Positions 39,201-48,931 of a stretch of 64,000 bases of DNA are shown here, piece after piece. Source of the DNA: an uncultured Alphaproteobacteria bacterium (lineage in GTDB: Bacteria > Pseudomonadota > Alphaproteobacteria > Rs-D84). Below the pieces are notes generated by a model, which was not told the DNA's origin, did not search any database, and saw only the letters and a program-made list of their open reading frames with translations. How positions within the stretch are numbered: the stretch's first letter is position 1; every line of letters begins with the position of its first letter. The stretch covers positions 32,001 through 96,000 of the forward strand of contig CALXXY010000003.1 of assembly GCA_944392815.1 (NCBI GenBank), given 5' to 3'. Made by a program: the position numbers and the translations under genes.

Positions 39201-39752
39201 CTATTTTTTCTTTGGCGGTGTAAATTGATATGCCTGCTTGCAGTGCTCATAACAATACGGTTTGCCAACAAACACAGGTGCGCCACAGAAATGGAACCCC
39301 TCGGAATCAGGGTCACCAATTGGCCACCGGCATTGATTTGGTTTCAAATTCGCCAATTCCAACGCATGCTGTACAATACGCTGATGCATGGCCAAATTTT
39401 TATTCAAAGATTTCCCACCACGTGCGGTCGTCGTGGTCGTGGTTGCCTTTTTTGCGCCACCAGCCACAGTTTTCCCGCCGCGGGTCGCTGTACGTGTCGC
39501 AGTGGCACGCCTGGCCGTGGTGGTTGATTTTTTCACAGTCACCTTGGGCGCAGTTTTTTTTGCGGGTTCCTTTTTCTTGGCCGTGGCACCGGCAACCCCG
39601 CCGGCCTTGGAATTCCAGCCCAGTCGATTTAATTTGCCAACAACGGCGTTTTTACTCATGCCCAAACGTTTGCCGATTTCGGCGGTGGACAAACCCTTGC
39701 CCGTCAGGGCTTTTAATTTTTTCAGTGTGGCGTTATCCCAACCTTTACTCAT
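39201..39752 (-). CDS. gcrA: Cell-cycle regulator GcrA
   Basis: W...LKAL...GLSTAEIG..LG.SKNAVVGKLNRLG; CRWPIGDP....FHFCG......PYC.EHC..AYQ. Confidence 0.93.
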   Translation of the reverse strand: MSKGWDNATLKKLKALTGKGLSTAEIGKRLGMSKNAVVGKLNRLGWNSKAGGVAGATAKKKEPAKKTAPKVTVKKSTTTARRATATRTATRGGKTVAGGAKKATTTTTTARGGKSLNKNLAMHQRIVQHALELANLKPNQCRWPIGDPDSEGFHFCGAPVFVGKPYCYEHCKQAYQFTPPKKK

Positions 39753-39825
39753 TTTAAAAAATCCTTGTTATACATATCGGTATAATTGTAGCATAGTTTC
39801 GAATCGAAAGGCAAGGGGGAAAAAT

Positions 39826-40284
39826 ATGTTTTATTATATCTTTTTTATTATTTTGTTGGCGGGTGCCGCCGCATGTGCATGGGGTATTTCGCGCGCAGAT
39901 TTCCGTCGGCGTATTATCCCGGACGCATACCTGTTTCCACTGTTGCTGATTGGATTGGTCGTCACCCAGTTTTTCCCATGGCCCGTCACCCCATCAGACG
40001 GCGCAATTGCGGCCGTGGCCGGATATACATTAACATCATTAATCGGATTAATATTTGAAAAATTCCAACCCAGCCAAACACCCCCCATCGGCATGGGCGA
40101 TATAAAATTGATTTCAGTGGCCGGCATTTGGCTGGGGTCAGTTGGATTGGCGGGCGCATTGGCATTGGCGTGCATATCGGGCATGATTTGGGGCGCAACA
40201 AAAAAACAAAAATACATTCCATTTGGACCGTTTCTGATAATCGGTGGAATTTTATCTTTAATTACAATAACGTTTTTGATATAA
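39826..40284 (+). CDS. Prepilin peptidase (A24 family)
   Basis: AGGGGG RBS; ADFRRRIIPD, IGMGDIKL, IPFGPFL; multiple TM helices. Confidence 0.88.
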   Translation: MFYYIFFIILLAGAAACAWGISRADFRRRIIPDAYLFPLLLIGLVVTQFFPWPVTPSDGAIAAVAGYTLTSLIGLIFEKFQPSQTPPIGMGDIKLISVAGIWLGSVGLAGALALACISGMIWGATKKQKYIPFGPFLIIGGILSLITITFLI

Positions 40285-40310
40285 TATAAAAATAAACGGG
40301 AACCCGAGAG

Positions 40311-41192
40311 ATGAAATCATACACTATATCAGCACTGTCAGCATTTTTGTTGCTGTTGACCACACCGGCCATGGCGACAACTTTTCCAACGCCCACAACG
40401 CCATTTTCGCAATACGGTCAAATTCAAAATGTGCAAAATTATTCGTCCAATCCATTTTGGGACCCCAGTTCACCGTATAATCAACGCATGCCTGTGCCGG
40501 TATACGTGACGGGCACAGACGTTGACACAGCCGATTGTACCACGGTGGTTGGCGCACTGGTTGCATCATTTTGCGCAACACGTAATAATTGCGTGGGAAT
40601 GGATGTAAACGACGCCCGCCCAACAATCACTGTCCAATTGGCCAGTTTGCCCAACCACAACTATGTGACGCCGTGCGCGGGCTATATCGACAGCGAATTT
40701 GATAAATACGTATCACAAAACGCGGTTGCCGCCCCAACGGGGAAAACAGTGGCATTTCCAACCGCAACCACGGCAAACCCGACGGTAAATCAGCAAAACT
40801 ATCAATTTACAAATCCATATGATCCAAAACCCGCCGATTGGCAAATTGACATGATGGAACGCAAAAACGAATTGCAGAATTTGCAATCGGCAAATACAGC
40901 GGGTACATCGCAATTGGCACGCGCCAGTTTCCCAACCACCGCGGCCGATTTATCGTTTACCGAACGCATTCAAAATGATGCGGCTGGATACGCCCCATAC
41001 GCCGGCAAATCTGCATACGAACCATTAAACATAGAAAGCGAGGAAAAATATCGCCAACGCACGAACGCATATTGCAATTCCAAAATGGCGACATTACGCA
41101 CAATCGACGCAGATTTACAAACCATATCAGATTGCAGAACGTCCGGCACACCATTCAACGATTGTGTTAAAAAATTACAGGGGATATATTAA
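40311..41192 (+). CDS. Hypothetical secreted protein
   Basis: Signal peptide ending AMA; 293 aa; several Cys. Confidence 0.8.
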   Translation: MKSYTISALSAFLLLLTTPAMATTFPTPTTPFSQYGQIQNVQNYSSNPFWDPSSPYNQRMPVPVYVTGTDVDTADCTTVVGALVASFCATRNNCVGMDVNDARPTITVQLASLPNHNYVTPCAGYIDSEFDKYVSQNAVAAPTGKTVAFPTATTANPTVNQQNYQFTNPYDPKPADWQIDMMERKNELQNLQSANTAGTSQLARASFPTTAADLSFTERIQNDAAGYAPYAGKSAYEPLNIESEEKYRQRTNAYCNSKMATLRTIDADLQTISDCRTSGTPFNDCVKKLQGIY

Positions 41193-41195
41193 AAC

Positions 41196-42362
41196 ATGTT
41201 TTTACGACCAATCGTATTTTCTGTATTGTGCACATTCATCGGCATACACGGTGCGAATGCCCTGATGTGGAATGATCCGAATGTAAACCTTGTCCAAAGC
41301 GTATCTGATCACCGTTATCGTGACGCCAACACGGGTCGATATGTAAGTACCGCCGGAATGCCAGCGGTACCGCCAGTGGTCGGCAGCCCAACTGGTACTG
41401 GTACAGGCACCGGAACCGGTACTGGTACAGGAACTGGAACAGGTACGGGAACCGGTACTGGTACAGGCGCTGGAACAGGTACGGGAACTGGAACCGGTAC
41501 TGGTACAGGCGCTGGGGCTGGTGGCGGTGGCACCGCCGGCAGAATTCGCACCAATTGGTCAAATATGTCACGTGGCGCACGTATCGGCACTGGGATTGGT
41601 ATCGTCGCTGGTACAGCGGGTGTTGTGACATCTGGCCTGGGGAACCAGGAACACGGTGCCGGCAACGTGGTTGGTGGCGCATTAAGTGGTGCCGCAGCGG
41701 GCGCCTCTGTTGGCAGTTTAATCGCCCCAGGTCTGGGTACTGCTATCGGTGCAGGTGTTGGCGCATTGGCCGGTGCATTGTACCCTGCGGCAAAGGTATT
41801 TTCCGAAACAGATTGCCTGCGCGATCCTGTCACCGGGGCATACACATGTTGCAATACCGCATTTAACAAAGGCGACCGCGTCGTTCCAATTGGCGGATTC
41901 ATGTTCTGTGGCGCCGAAGATGGCTCGCAAAACACACCGTTCCAGGTACGTCAATGTCTGCAGGGCAAACCAAAGGACGAATCAACCTGGACCGACCAGG
42001 GTAAAAAATGGTACGAAGGCGGCATGTGGGTTGATGATTTTTGGGCACCTGAATGCACGGTCAGATTTTGCAACACCGCCCCAACCCAGGGCATAGAAAA
42101 TTATATTATACCGGTCCAGGACACAACAAATTTCTGTTGGGATTGGAAATGTATTGATGGATACGAACGTTCCGGGGACACATGTGTCATCGCGGGCGGT
42201 GGCGGCAACGGAACGACGGGTGGCGCACCGGTCACACCATATACAAATCCGACAAACCCGACCGCCGATCAATACGATGAATTAATCAAACGACTGCAAT
42301 TGCAACGCCAATTAATATTGCAGGAATGCGGTTATATGGTGAACACACAAAACCAAAATTAA
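41196..42362 (+). CDS. Secreted protein with (GT)n linker, glycine zipper and Cys-rich domain
   Basis: Signal peptide; about 20 TG repeats; GGALSGAAAGASVGS..PGLGTAIGAGVGALAG; 10 or more Cys. Confidence 0.85.
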   Translation: MFLRPIVFSVLCTFIGIHGANALMWNDPNVNLVQSVSDHRYRDANTGRYVSTAGMPAVPPVVGSPTGTGTGTGTGTGTGTGTGTGTGTGTGAGTGTGTGTGTGTGAGAGGGGTAGRIRTNWSNMSRGARIGTGIGIVAGTAGVVTSGLGNQEHGAGNVVGGALSGAAAGASVGSLIAPGLGTAIGAGVGALAGALYPAAKVFSETDCLRDPVTGAYTCCNTAFNKGDRVVPIGGFMFCGAEDGSQNTPFQVRQCLQGKPKDESTWTDQGKKWYEGGMWVDDFWAPECTVRFCNTAPTQGIENYIIPVQDTTNFCWDWKCIDGYERSGDTCVIAGGGGNGTTGGAPVTPYTNPTNPTADQYDELIKRLQLQRQLILQECGYMVNTQNQN

Positions 42363-44131
42363 TGCGGCGGATATTTATATCTTGGCTGATTGCACTTTGC
42401 GCCACAAATGTGGCGCTTTGTGCGAATGTGACACAAACAACCGCACCAATATCACTGGTCGGGGGTGGGGCGGGTGACATAACCGTCCCGACAACGTCGC
42501 CAGATTTTGTCCCAATTTCTGATATAAACCAAATCACACCGAACGATACAGAATGCGCCACTGCCGTATTTGCGGACGCGCTGGCCAACAATTCTGCGGC
42601 TGTATCGGAAACGGACGAAGATATTGTCATACGTCAATGGATTTATCAAACTTTTGCAAATCCTGACGTTCTGCGCGCGGTTATGAAATGTCCCGAATTC
42701 GCAAACGCTGCCGATGACGAAACGATTACACTGCAACCAATAAAATACGTTTTTCCGGGCGGGCGCGAAATAGTCATCAATTACGAAACCCAACCAAAAA
42801 TTTTGGCCCAACGAATAACATTGGGCGAAAAAAATGAATTGGCTGATTTGAATCCGAATCCGCGTATTGACCCGACCGACGGCACGGTTTGGACAAACAC
42901 AGATCCTGCATGGTATGCAATCATGGTTGTTGAATCGGGCACGCTGGATGAATTCGTGGGTCCTGGGAAAAATAAGACGGTATCCATGCGATATATTAAT
43001 GACAACATAGACAGGTTATTTCCACATGGCAACCAGTGCACCAGCAAATCCGCACTGGCCGGGGACAGAAGAATGATAAACGTTGCCACCCGCGAAACAG
43101 TTGGCATTGATAACGATACAAATGATTACTATGTGGCGGGCGACGTAAGTTTGCAATGGATATCTTATCTGGAAATCGGTCTGGACGTGGCAATAACAGT
43201 TTTAACGATGGGCGGCGGCACAGTTATTTTGGGCGCAACAAAATCCGCCCGCGCGTCCCGTGCATTGCACGGATTAACAAACACAATCAAAACATTGCGC
43301 ACGACAGATTCCGTACGCGATTACGTGCGCATATCGCAACAATATACGCGCGTGGCCGAACAATTGCGCAACATTGACCGCGTCGCCGACGCCGCGCAAT
43401 ACGAACGCCTCGCCGCCCAGGCCGATGATTTGGCGCGCACTATGCGCACACTGGAACAAACAGACGACAACGTTCGGCAATATCGCAATGCCACAAACGC
43501 ATTCACATCACTGAATCAATACCGCCGCACTTTGCGCAGTTTACGCACCCCACAACGTGGCAATATCATCGCACGCGCATGGCGCGCAATCCGCGCGGCA
43601 AACACAGGCGGGAAAACCATTCGCAACGCGGAAAAAATCGCCCGCAGCAGCACACTGTCCGGCCAAATTCGCGATTGGTTGTTTCAATCAACATTAACAA
43701 ATGCCGGGGCATTGGCGCGCCTGGAACGCACGGGCGGATACATATACGGCGCATTGCGTTTTTTCGGTGGCATGTATGATTGGACGGAAACCAGCACCGG
43801 CGAATTCACCAGTGGCATTGATTTCAAACCATTGACACTGCTGTCGGCCGACGATTTACAGGGCCAGGAAAATGTCATAAATCACGGCATGTGGCTGATG
43901 TGGGCGGGCAATGCATATTCCGCCGCAGACGATGACGCCGCATATCTGCAGGCCATGGATTTTGCCAACAAATTCCATTTCAACCTGGACAAAATTCAAA
44001 CGGAACAAAACAATCACGCGTGCAATGTGGATATTTTCGTCGTGCGTCCAATAATCCATAACCCCGGCACAGATAACGCAGAATTATATTACCTGATAAT
44101 GAATGACACCCCGTGGACAACGCGCGAATAA
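42362..44131 (+). CDS. Hypothetical secreted protein with central hydrophobic helix and basic coiled coil
   Basis: ATG overlaps upstream TAA; signal peptide; EIGLDVAITVLTMGGGTVILGATK followed by Arg-rich helices. Confidence 0.8.
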   Translation: MRRIFISWLIALCATNVALCANVTQTTAPISLVGGGAGDITVPTTSPDFVPISDINQITPNDTECATAVFADALANNSAAVSETDEDIVIRQWIYQTFANPDVLRAVMKCPEFANAADDETITLQPIKYVFPGGREIVINYETQPKILAQRITLGEKNELADLNPNPRIDPTDGTVWTNTDPAWYAIMVVESGTLDEFVGPGKNKTVSMRYINDNIDRLFPHGNQCTSKSALAGDRRMINVATRETVGIDNDTNDYYVAGDVSLQWISYLEIGLDVAITVLTMGGGTVILGATKSARASRALHGLTNTIKTLRTTDSVRDYVRISQQYTRVAEQLRNIDRVADAAQYERLAAQADDLARTMRTLEQTDDNVRQYRNATNAFTSLNQYRRTLRSLRTPQRGNIIARAWRAIRAANTGGKTIRNAEKIARSSTLSGQIRDWLFQSTLTNAGALARLERTGGYIYGALRFFGGMYDWTETSTGEFTSGIDFKPLTLLSADDLQGQENVINHGMWLMWAGNAYSAADDDAAYLQAMDFANKFHFNLDKIQTEQNNHACNVDIFVVRPIIHNPGTDNAELYYLIMNDTPWTTRE

Positions 44132-44183
44132 TTCCCATTGTATTTTTTATCACAACCACATATAATAACTATACAGGGGGTGC

Positions 44184-44510
44184 ATGAATATGATTAAAAA
44201 AATATTTATGGCATTGTGTATAACCGCAATATCCGTCACCGGCGCAAACGCGTATCAATTATTATCGTCCAAAGAAATGGGAAAAAACGACGCCAAAAAT
44301 CAAACTGTCGTTGTAAAATGCACAACCGACACAGGCAAAGTTTCTGCCCAAACATGCACATTGCGCAGATATGCAAAATGCAGCGGCACTGGCACAAAAA
44401 AAACATGCAACGGCTGGCAACCATGGCAGGATTTACGCACCCCGGGCAAAAAATATTCTGATTGGCGCAGTGCTGCGTCCGCATGCTGTCGTGCCAAAGG
44501 ATTACGATAG
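44184..44510 (+). CDS. Small basic secreted Cys-rich protein
   Basis: AGGGGG RBS; signal peptide ending ANA; 6 Cys in mature part; Lys-rich. Confidence 0.8.
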   Translation: MNMIKKIFMALCITAISVTGANAYQLLSSKEMGKNDAKNQTVVVKCTTDTGKVSAQTCTLRRYAKCSGTGTKKTCNGWQPWQDLRTPGKKYSDWRSAASACCRAKGLR

Positions 44511-44525
44511 ATAATACCATAAAAC

Positions 44526-44552
44526 AAAAATCCGCCACCTGGCGGATTTTTT
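44526..44552. terminator. Bidirectional terminator
   Basis: AAAAATCCGCCA-CC-TGGCGGATTTTTT. Confidence 0.8.
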
Positions 44553-44556
44553 ATTC

Positions 44557-44633
44557 TGGTGGATGAGATTGGACTCGAACCAACGACCCCCACGATGTGA
44601 ACGTGATGCTCTAACCAACTGAGCTACTCATCC
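44557..44633 (-). tRNA. tRNA-Val(CAC)
   Basis: GGATGAG TAGCTCAGTTGGTTAGAGC..CACG-TTCACAT-CGTG...GGTTCGAGTCC...CTCATCC-ACCA. Confidence 0.95.
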
Positions 44634-44774
44634 AAAACACATATTTTCAATTGCGGACTGTATTCTATCACCACCCTAAAATCAGCGCAAGCAAAAAATT
44701 TATACAAAAACTTGATTTTTGTCATTATTTTTCTATCATGAATTCAGAATATTCAAACCAAAGGGGTTCAGTGT

Positions 44775-45665
44775 ATGAAAGGCATAATTTTAGCGGGCGG
44801 CAGTGGCACACGCCTGTACCCATTGACCAAAACCACATCTAAACAGTTATTGCCGGTATACGACAAACCGATGATTTATTATCCGATGTCAACGCTGATG
44901 CAATTTGACATACGCGATGTTCTGATTATTTCCACGCCCCAGGACACGCCAAACATCGAACGTCTGTTCGAAAATGGCAGCACATTGGGCATGCACATTC
45001 AATACGCAATCCAGGAAAAACCCCAGGGCATCGCCCAGGCATTCACCATCGGTGAACAGTTTATTAATAACCAGGACGTATGCCTGATTTTGGGCGACAA
45101 TATATTCCACATGGGCGGACAATTGCCATGGTTCCGTAAAAAAGTCGCAAAAAACCAGGGCAAGCGCGCAACAATTTTTGCATACCATGTATCCGACCCA
45201 GAAAGATTTGGCGTCGTTGAATTTGATGATAAATTAAACGCTGTATCAATCGAAGAAAAACCCAAAAATCCGAAATCAAATTTCGCATCAGTGGGGCTGT
45301 ATTTTTACCCCAGCGACGTCGTGGACAAAGCCAAATCTTTGACCCCATCGGCGCGTGGCGAATACGAAATTACCGATTTGAACAACATGTATTTATCAGA
45401 ACACAGAATGTCCGTTGTACCAATGCTGCGCGGGAACGCATGGTTGGACGCAGGCACCCCAAAAAGTTTGTTGGATTCCAGCAACTTTGTTCAAATTATC
45501 GAAGAACGCCAGGGCCTGAAAATCGCCTGTATCGAAGAAATCGCATACAGACGCGGGTTCATTAACAAAAACCAATTAAAAGATATCATCAATAAATTAA
45601 AAGACAGTGACTATAAAAAATATTTAATGAAAGTATCAATGGAAACAAAACACAAATTGTATTAA
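44775..45665 (+). CDS. rfbA: Glucose-1-phosphate thymidylyltransferase
   Basis: GIILAGGSGTRLYPLT, SKQLLPVYDKPMIYYP, LILGDNIF, PSARGEYEITD, WLDAGT. Confidence 0.97.
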   Translation: MKGIILAGGSGTRLYPLTKTTSKQLLPVYDKPMIYYPMSTLMQFDIRDVLIISTPQDTPNIERLFENGSTLGMHIQYAIQEKPQGIAQAFTIGEQFINNQDVCLILGDNIFHMGGQLPWFRKKVAKNQGKRATIFAYHVSDPERFGVVEFDDKLNAVSIEEKPKNPKSNFASVGLYFYPSDVVDKAKSLTPSARGEYEITDLNNMYLSEHRMSVVPMLRGNAWLDAGTPKSLLDSSNFVQIIEERQGLKIACIEEIAYRRGFINKNQLKDIINKLKDSDYKKYLMKVSMETKHKLY

Positions 45666-45699
45666 AAACAGGGGCGAAATATTTCGCCCCTGTTTTTTT
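45664..45699. terminator. Bidirectional terminator
   Basis: AAAAACAGGGGCGAAAT/ATTTCGCCCCTGTTTTT perfect palindrome. Confidence 0.85.
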
Positions 45700-45708
45700 A
45701 TAACCGTT

Positions 45709-45795
45709 TGGTGGGGATAGTGGGACTCGAACCCACACGGTCGCAATGACCAAAGGATTTTAAGTCCTCAGCGTCTACCATTCCGCCATATCCCC
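45709..45795 (-). tRNA. tRNA-Leu(TAA)
   Basis: GGGGATA TGGCGGAATGGTAGACGC..GAGGA-CTTAAAA-TCCTT, long variable arm, CCA; 87 nt. Confidence 0.95.
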
Positions 45796-45823
45796 CATTG
45801 CAATTTGAATCGATAAAAAATTT

Positions 45824-45899
45824 TGGTGGAGCTGATGGGACTCAAACCCACGACCTCTACGATGCGAACGTAGCGCTCTATCAACTGAGCTACAACCCC
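45824..45899 (-). tRNA. tRNA-Ala(CGC)
   Basis: GGGGTTG...CTACG-TTCGCAT-CGTAG...CAGCTCC-ACCA with G3:U70; T-loop TTTGAGT. Confidence 0.92.
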
Positions 45900-45906
45900 A
45901 GAACTT

Positions 45907-45993
45907 TGGTGCGGATAAGAGGACTTGAACCTCCAAGGCATTGCTGCCACTAGTACCTGAAACTAGCGCGTCTACCAATTCCGCCATATCCGC
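45907..45993 (-). tRNA. tRNA-Leu(CAG)
   Basis: GCGGATA TGGCGGAATTGGTAGACGC..CTAGT-TTCAGGT-ACTAG, variable arm, CCA; 87 nt. Confidence 0.95.
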
Positions 45994-46119
45994 AATTGCC
46001 CCATTATCTTATATTAACTTTACCAATTTTGCAACAGAAAAATCAAATAAACCAAACACATTAAAAAACATAAAAACACTTGCCCTGAAAATCGCAATTT
46101 TGCTAACATTTAATTCAGA

Positions 46120-48837
46120 ATGAGAAGGATTCTGTATTTTATCACTACTTTTGCCCTGTGCATTGGCATTGCCAACGCGGCTGTGCGTGATGAAAATGCA
46201 ACGAATCGCAATACGAATAATGCCAATCAAACAGTTTCGCGCACGGCGTCCACACGCGCCGTCGCTGGGCGCAGTGCAACTGTGCGCACGGCCACGCCAA
46301 CTGTATCGCGCACAGCATCACAAAATAACGCCACGCGAACCACCGCCGCGCGCCCATCGTCATCGTCAAATCGCCCAAATGCCACGCGCACGTCGGTGGC
46401 CCGCACGGGCAACAACACGACCCGCGCGGCAACTGCGCGCGCCGCAGCGCCGGTTGTATCACGCGCCGCCACAAACACCAGTGCAATGTCCGAAACACGC
46501 ACCGGCGCAGAATACGAGCAATGCAAAAGTGCATATTTTACATGCATGGATCAATTTTGCGAATTAAAAAACGACGACTATCGTCGCTGTTCTTGCAGTA
46601 ATCGCGTGTTTGATTTAACCGAAATCCGCGACACCATGCAGGACGCCAGCGACCAATTAACCGTATTCAATGAAAATCTGAACGTTGTCGGCATGACCGC
46701 GGCCCAGGCAACCGCCATGAAAACCGCGACCGAGGGCGAAAATGCCCTGACGTCGGACACATCTGCGTCAAAACAATTATTACAGGCCATCATGAATTCA
46801 ATACGCGGTGGCGACACGTCTGTTGGTGGCAAATATTCCGATTTGAACAGCATAACATTATCGTTTGACACAGTAAACGCGTTTGGCACTGCGGACGCGG
46901 GTCAAATCATCGCGTCATACAACGGCCAAAATCTGTACGACGCCGTATACCCCCAATGTCGCGAGGCCGTACGCGCCGACTGTACCGACGCACAATTACA
47001 GCGCGCAATCACCGCATATTTAATGGCAATTGAACAGGACTGCAACAGTGTCGAAACAGCAATAGAAAACAAGCAAAAGGAAATAAAATCTGCTATCCGC
47101 GAAAGCAGCGCTATGTTGGATTTGGCCCGCGTAGAAAATCGCCAGGCGCACAATTCCAGCGACATGGCAACATGCCTGACCAATGTTGAAAACGCCATTT
47201 TAAGCGAGGAAGTTTGTGGTTCCAATTACCACAAATGCCTGGACAATGGCGAATTTATCGATGTTTCCACAGGCGCCCCAATCGCAGGCGTGGAAAATTT
47301 TTACGAATTGGGAAATCTGCTGAAATTTGCAGACGGTGTTGACGCCGCCGATCAAAAATTATCGCAAATCACATACAACAGGACTTTCGTTAAAAATTTT
47401 GAAAATCGCGTTAAAAAATTCGCGGAACCAGAATTGGACAAATGTACGGAAATTGCCGACGTTGTTTGGTCGGAATACCTGGACAAAGCCATGCTGGACA
47501 TATACTATGCCCAACAATCCAAAGTATCCGAAATCAAACAGGGTTGCTTTGATTTTGTATCTGCCTGCTATATGAACAGCGAGGCCGCCATCACAGACGC
47601 CATGGCATCACTGACCGGCGACGACACGGTTATTTTACAACCGGACAGCGTCACATTAACAACAGAAATGTGCCGTGATTATATTAATTCGTGCAACATG
47701 ATGTTCTATGACCAAACTGGCGGCCAAAACATCGTGACGGACTATATCAACAACCGCCAGGAAACAGACACATTGACCGCATGTCGCGCAGTTGTAAAAC
47801 AGTGCTTTGATAACTTTGGCGGATCCGGATATGAAAACTTCTATTATCCATACAGCGGCCTGTTCAAAACGGGCGAGGCCCTGGACTGGTTCACCCTGTA
47901 TGAATATGACGAAAATGGCAACCCCAACACGGACAAACCGGTATCAAAATGCGCCCAGCAATTACAGGAAATCGCGTCATGCAATACCCCCGAAATGATG
48001 GAGAACGCCTTTGGTGGATTCGACCGCATAATCGCCGGCCGCGGGACATTCGGCGACGAAACTGTATTCTATTTTGATAAAAACGGCCAATATAATGGCG
48101 AACCACTCGAAGATCATGCCAACATAACATACAACCATAAAAAATATGGACTGCTGGACGATGTGGCAACAGAAAACATAACCCCGATAGATATCGCAAC
48201 AAACCAGGCCAGCGGTAATAAAATCAATGCGCGCGTGCTGTCGCACCACGAACCACGCCCAACTGGGGTTGCCACCGAAATTTATAACCAGATTGTCGAC
48301 ACACTGGCCACCCAGTGCACCAACCTGCAGGGCCGTTTTGTTGAACTGCAATTCATCAAACAAGGTTTGTACCAGGAATCCAATCTGTGCCTGTCCAACT
48401 TTGAAGGTTCAATTGAATACGGTGGTAGTGGTGGTAATGGGGCCGGAACAGCCGAAACCCCGAACCTGGTCTATTTGTACGGCATTGGCCAAGGCGAAGA
48501 TATGTGCCCGCGGCAATATAATCTGGACGTGGATACCCAATCATGGGGCGCGTGCCTGTGCTGGGAAAATGGCGGTCGACGCAGCAAATGGGGCAAAAGC
48601 CCGAAATGCATCGCCGGTGTTCCGACCAGCACTGCAATGAACGATGCGAAATGCACGTCGTCCACCGTCCCCACATCAACCAGCGCCACCGCGCCAGAAA
48701 ACTGGTGCACACTGGATTTAAACTCGTCCCGCCAGGTATGCCCATATGATTCTACCGAAGAAGAGGGCATGTGCAAAACACCTGAAACATCTGCTGGGGA
48801 ACTGCTGCTGCATAATCTGCCCGACGCGGTCATATAA
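46120..48837 (+). CDS. Large secreted Cys-rich hypothetical protein
   Basis: 905 aa; signal peptide; Arg/Thr/Ala-rich disordered N-terminus, then CxxxYxxCMDxFC.......RCSCS and many further Cys. Confidence 0.88.
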   Translation: MRRILYFITTFALCIGIANAAVRDENATNRNTNNANQTVSRTASTRAVAGRSATVRTATPTVSRTASQNNATRTTAARPSSSSNRPNATRTSVARTGNNTTRAATARAAAPVVSRAATNTSAMSETRTGAEYEQCKSAYFTCMDQFCELKNDDYRRCSCSNRVFDLTEIRDTMQDASDQLTVFNENLNVVGMTAAQATAMKTATEGENALTSDTSASKQLLQAIMNSIRGGDTSVGGKYSDLNSITLSFDTVNAFGTADAGQIIASYNGQNLYDAVYPQCREAVRADCTDAQLQRAITAYLMAIEQDCNSVETAIENKQKEIKSAIRESSAMLDLARVENRQAHNSSDMATCLTNVENAILSEEVCGSNYHKCLDNGEFIDVSTGAPIAGVENFYELGNLLKFADGVDAADQKLSQITYNRTFVKNFENRVKKFAEPELDKCTEIADVVWSEYLDKAMLDIYYAQQSKVSEIKQGCFDFVSACYMNSEAAITDAMASLTGDDTVILQPDSVTLTTEMCRDYINSCNMMFYDQTGGQNIVTDYINNRQETDTLTACRAVVKQCFDNFGGSGYENFYYPYSGLFKTGEALDWFTLYEYDENGNPNTDKPVSKCAQQLQEIASCNTPEMMENAFGGFDRIIAGRGTFGDETVFYFDKNGQYNGEPLEDHANITYNHKKYGLLDDVATENITPIDIATNQASGNKINARVLSHHEPRPTGVATEIYNQIVDTLATQCTNLQGRFVELQFIKQGLYQESNLCLSNFEGSIEYGGSGGNGAGTAETPNLVYLYGIGQGEDMCPRQYNLDVDTQSWGACLCWENGGRRSKWGKSPKCIAGVPTSTAMNDAKCTSSTVPTSTSATAPENWCTLDLNSSRQVCPYDSTEEEGMCKTPETSAGELLLHNLPDAVI

Positions 48838-48879
48838 CACGCCCGGCGGCCGCGCGCATGGGGCGGGGCACAACAAAAT

Positions 48880-48915
48880 AAAAATGCGTCACGAATTTTC
48901 GTGACGCATTTTTTA
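48880..48915. terminator. Bidirectional terminator
   Basis: AAAAATGCGTCACGAA-TT-TTCGTGACGCATTTTT. Confidence 0.85.
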
Positions 48916-48931
48916 CGTTCATACACAAAAA

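Noticed and set aside
41391-41520. DNA-level microsatellite or contingency locus in the (GT)n coding repeat
   Set aside because: Codons vary synonymously, so it is a protein-level Gly-Thr linker; length changes would stay in frame
45824-45899. Pseudo-tRNA because the T-loop reads TTTGA instead of TTCGA
   Set aside because: All stems, the G3:U70 identity pair and CCA are intact; treated as a functional tRNA-Ala(CGC) variant
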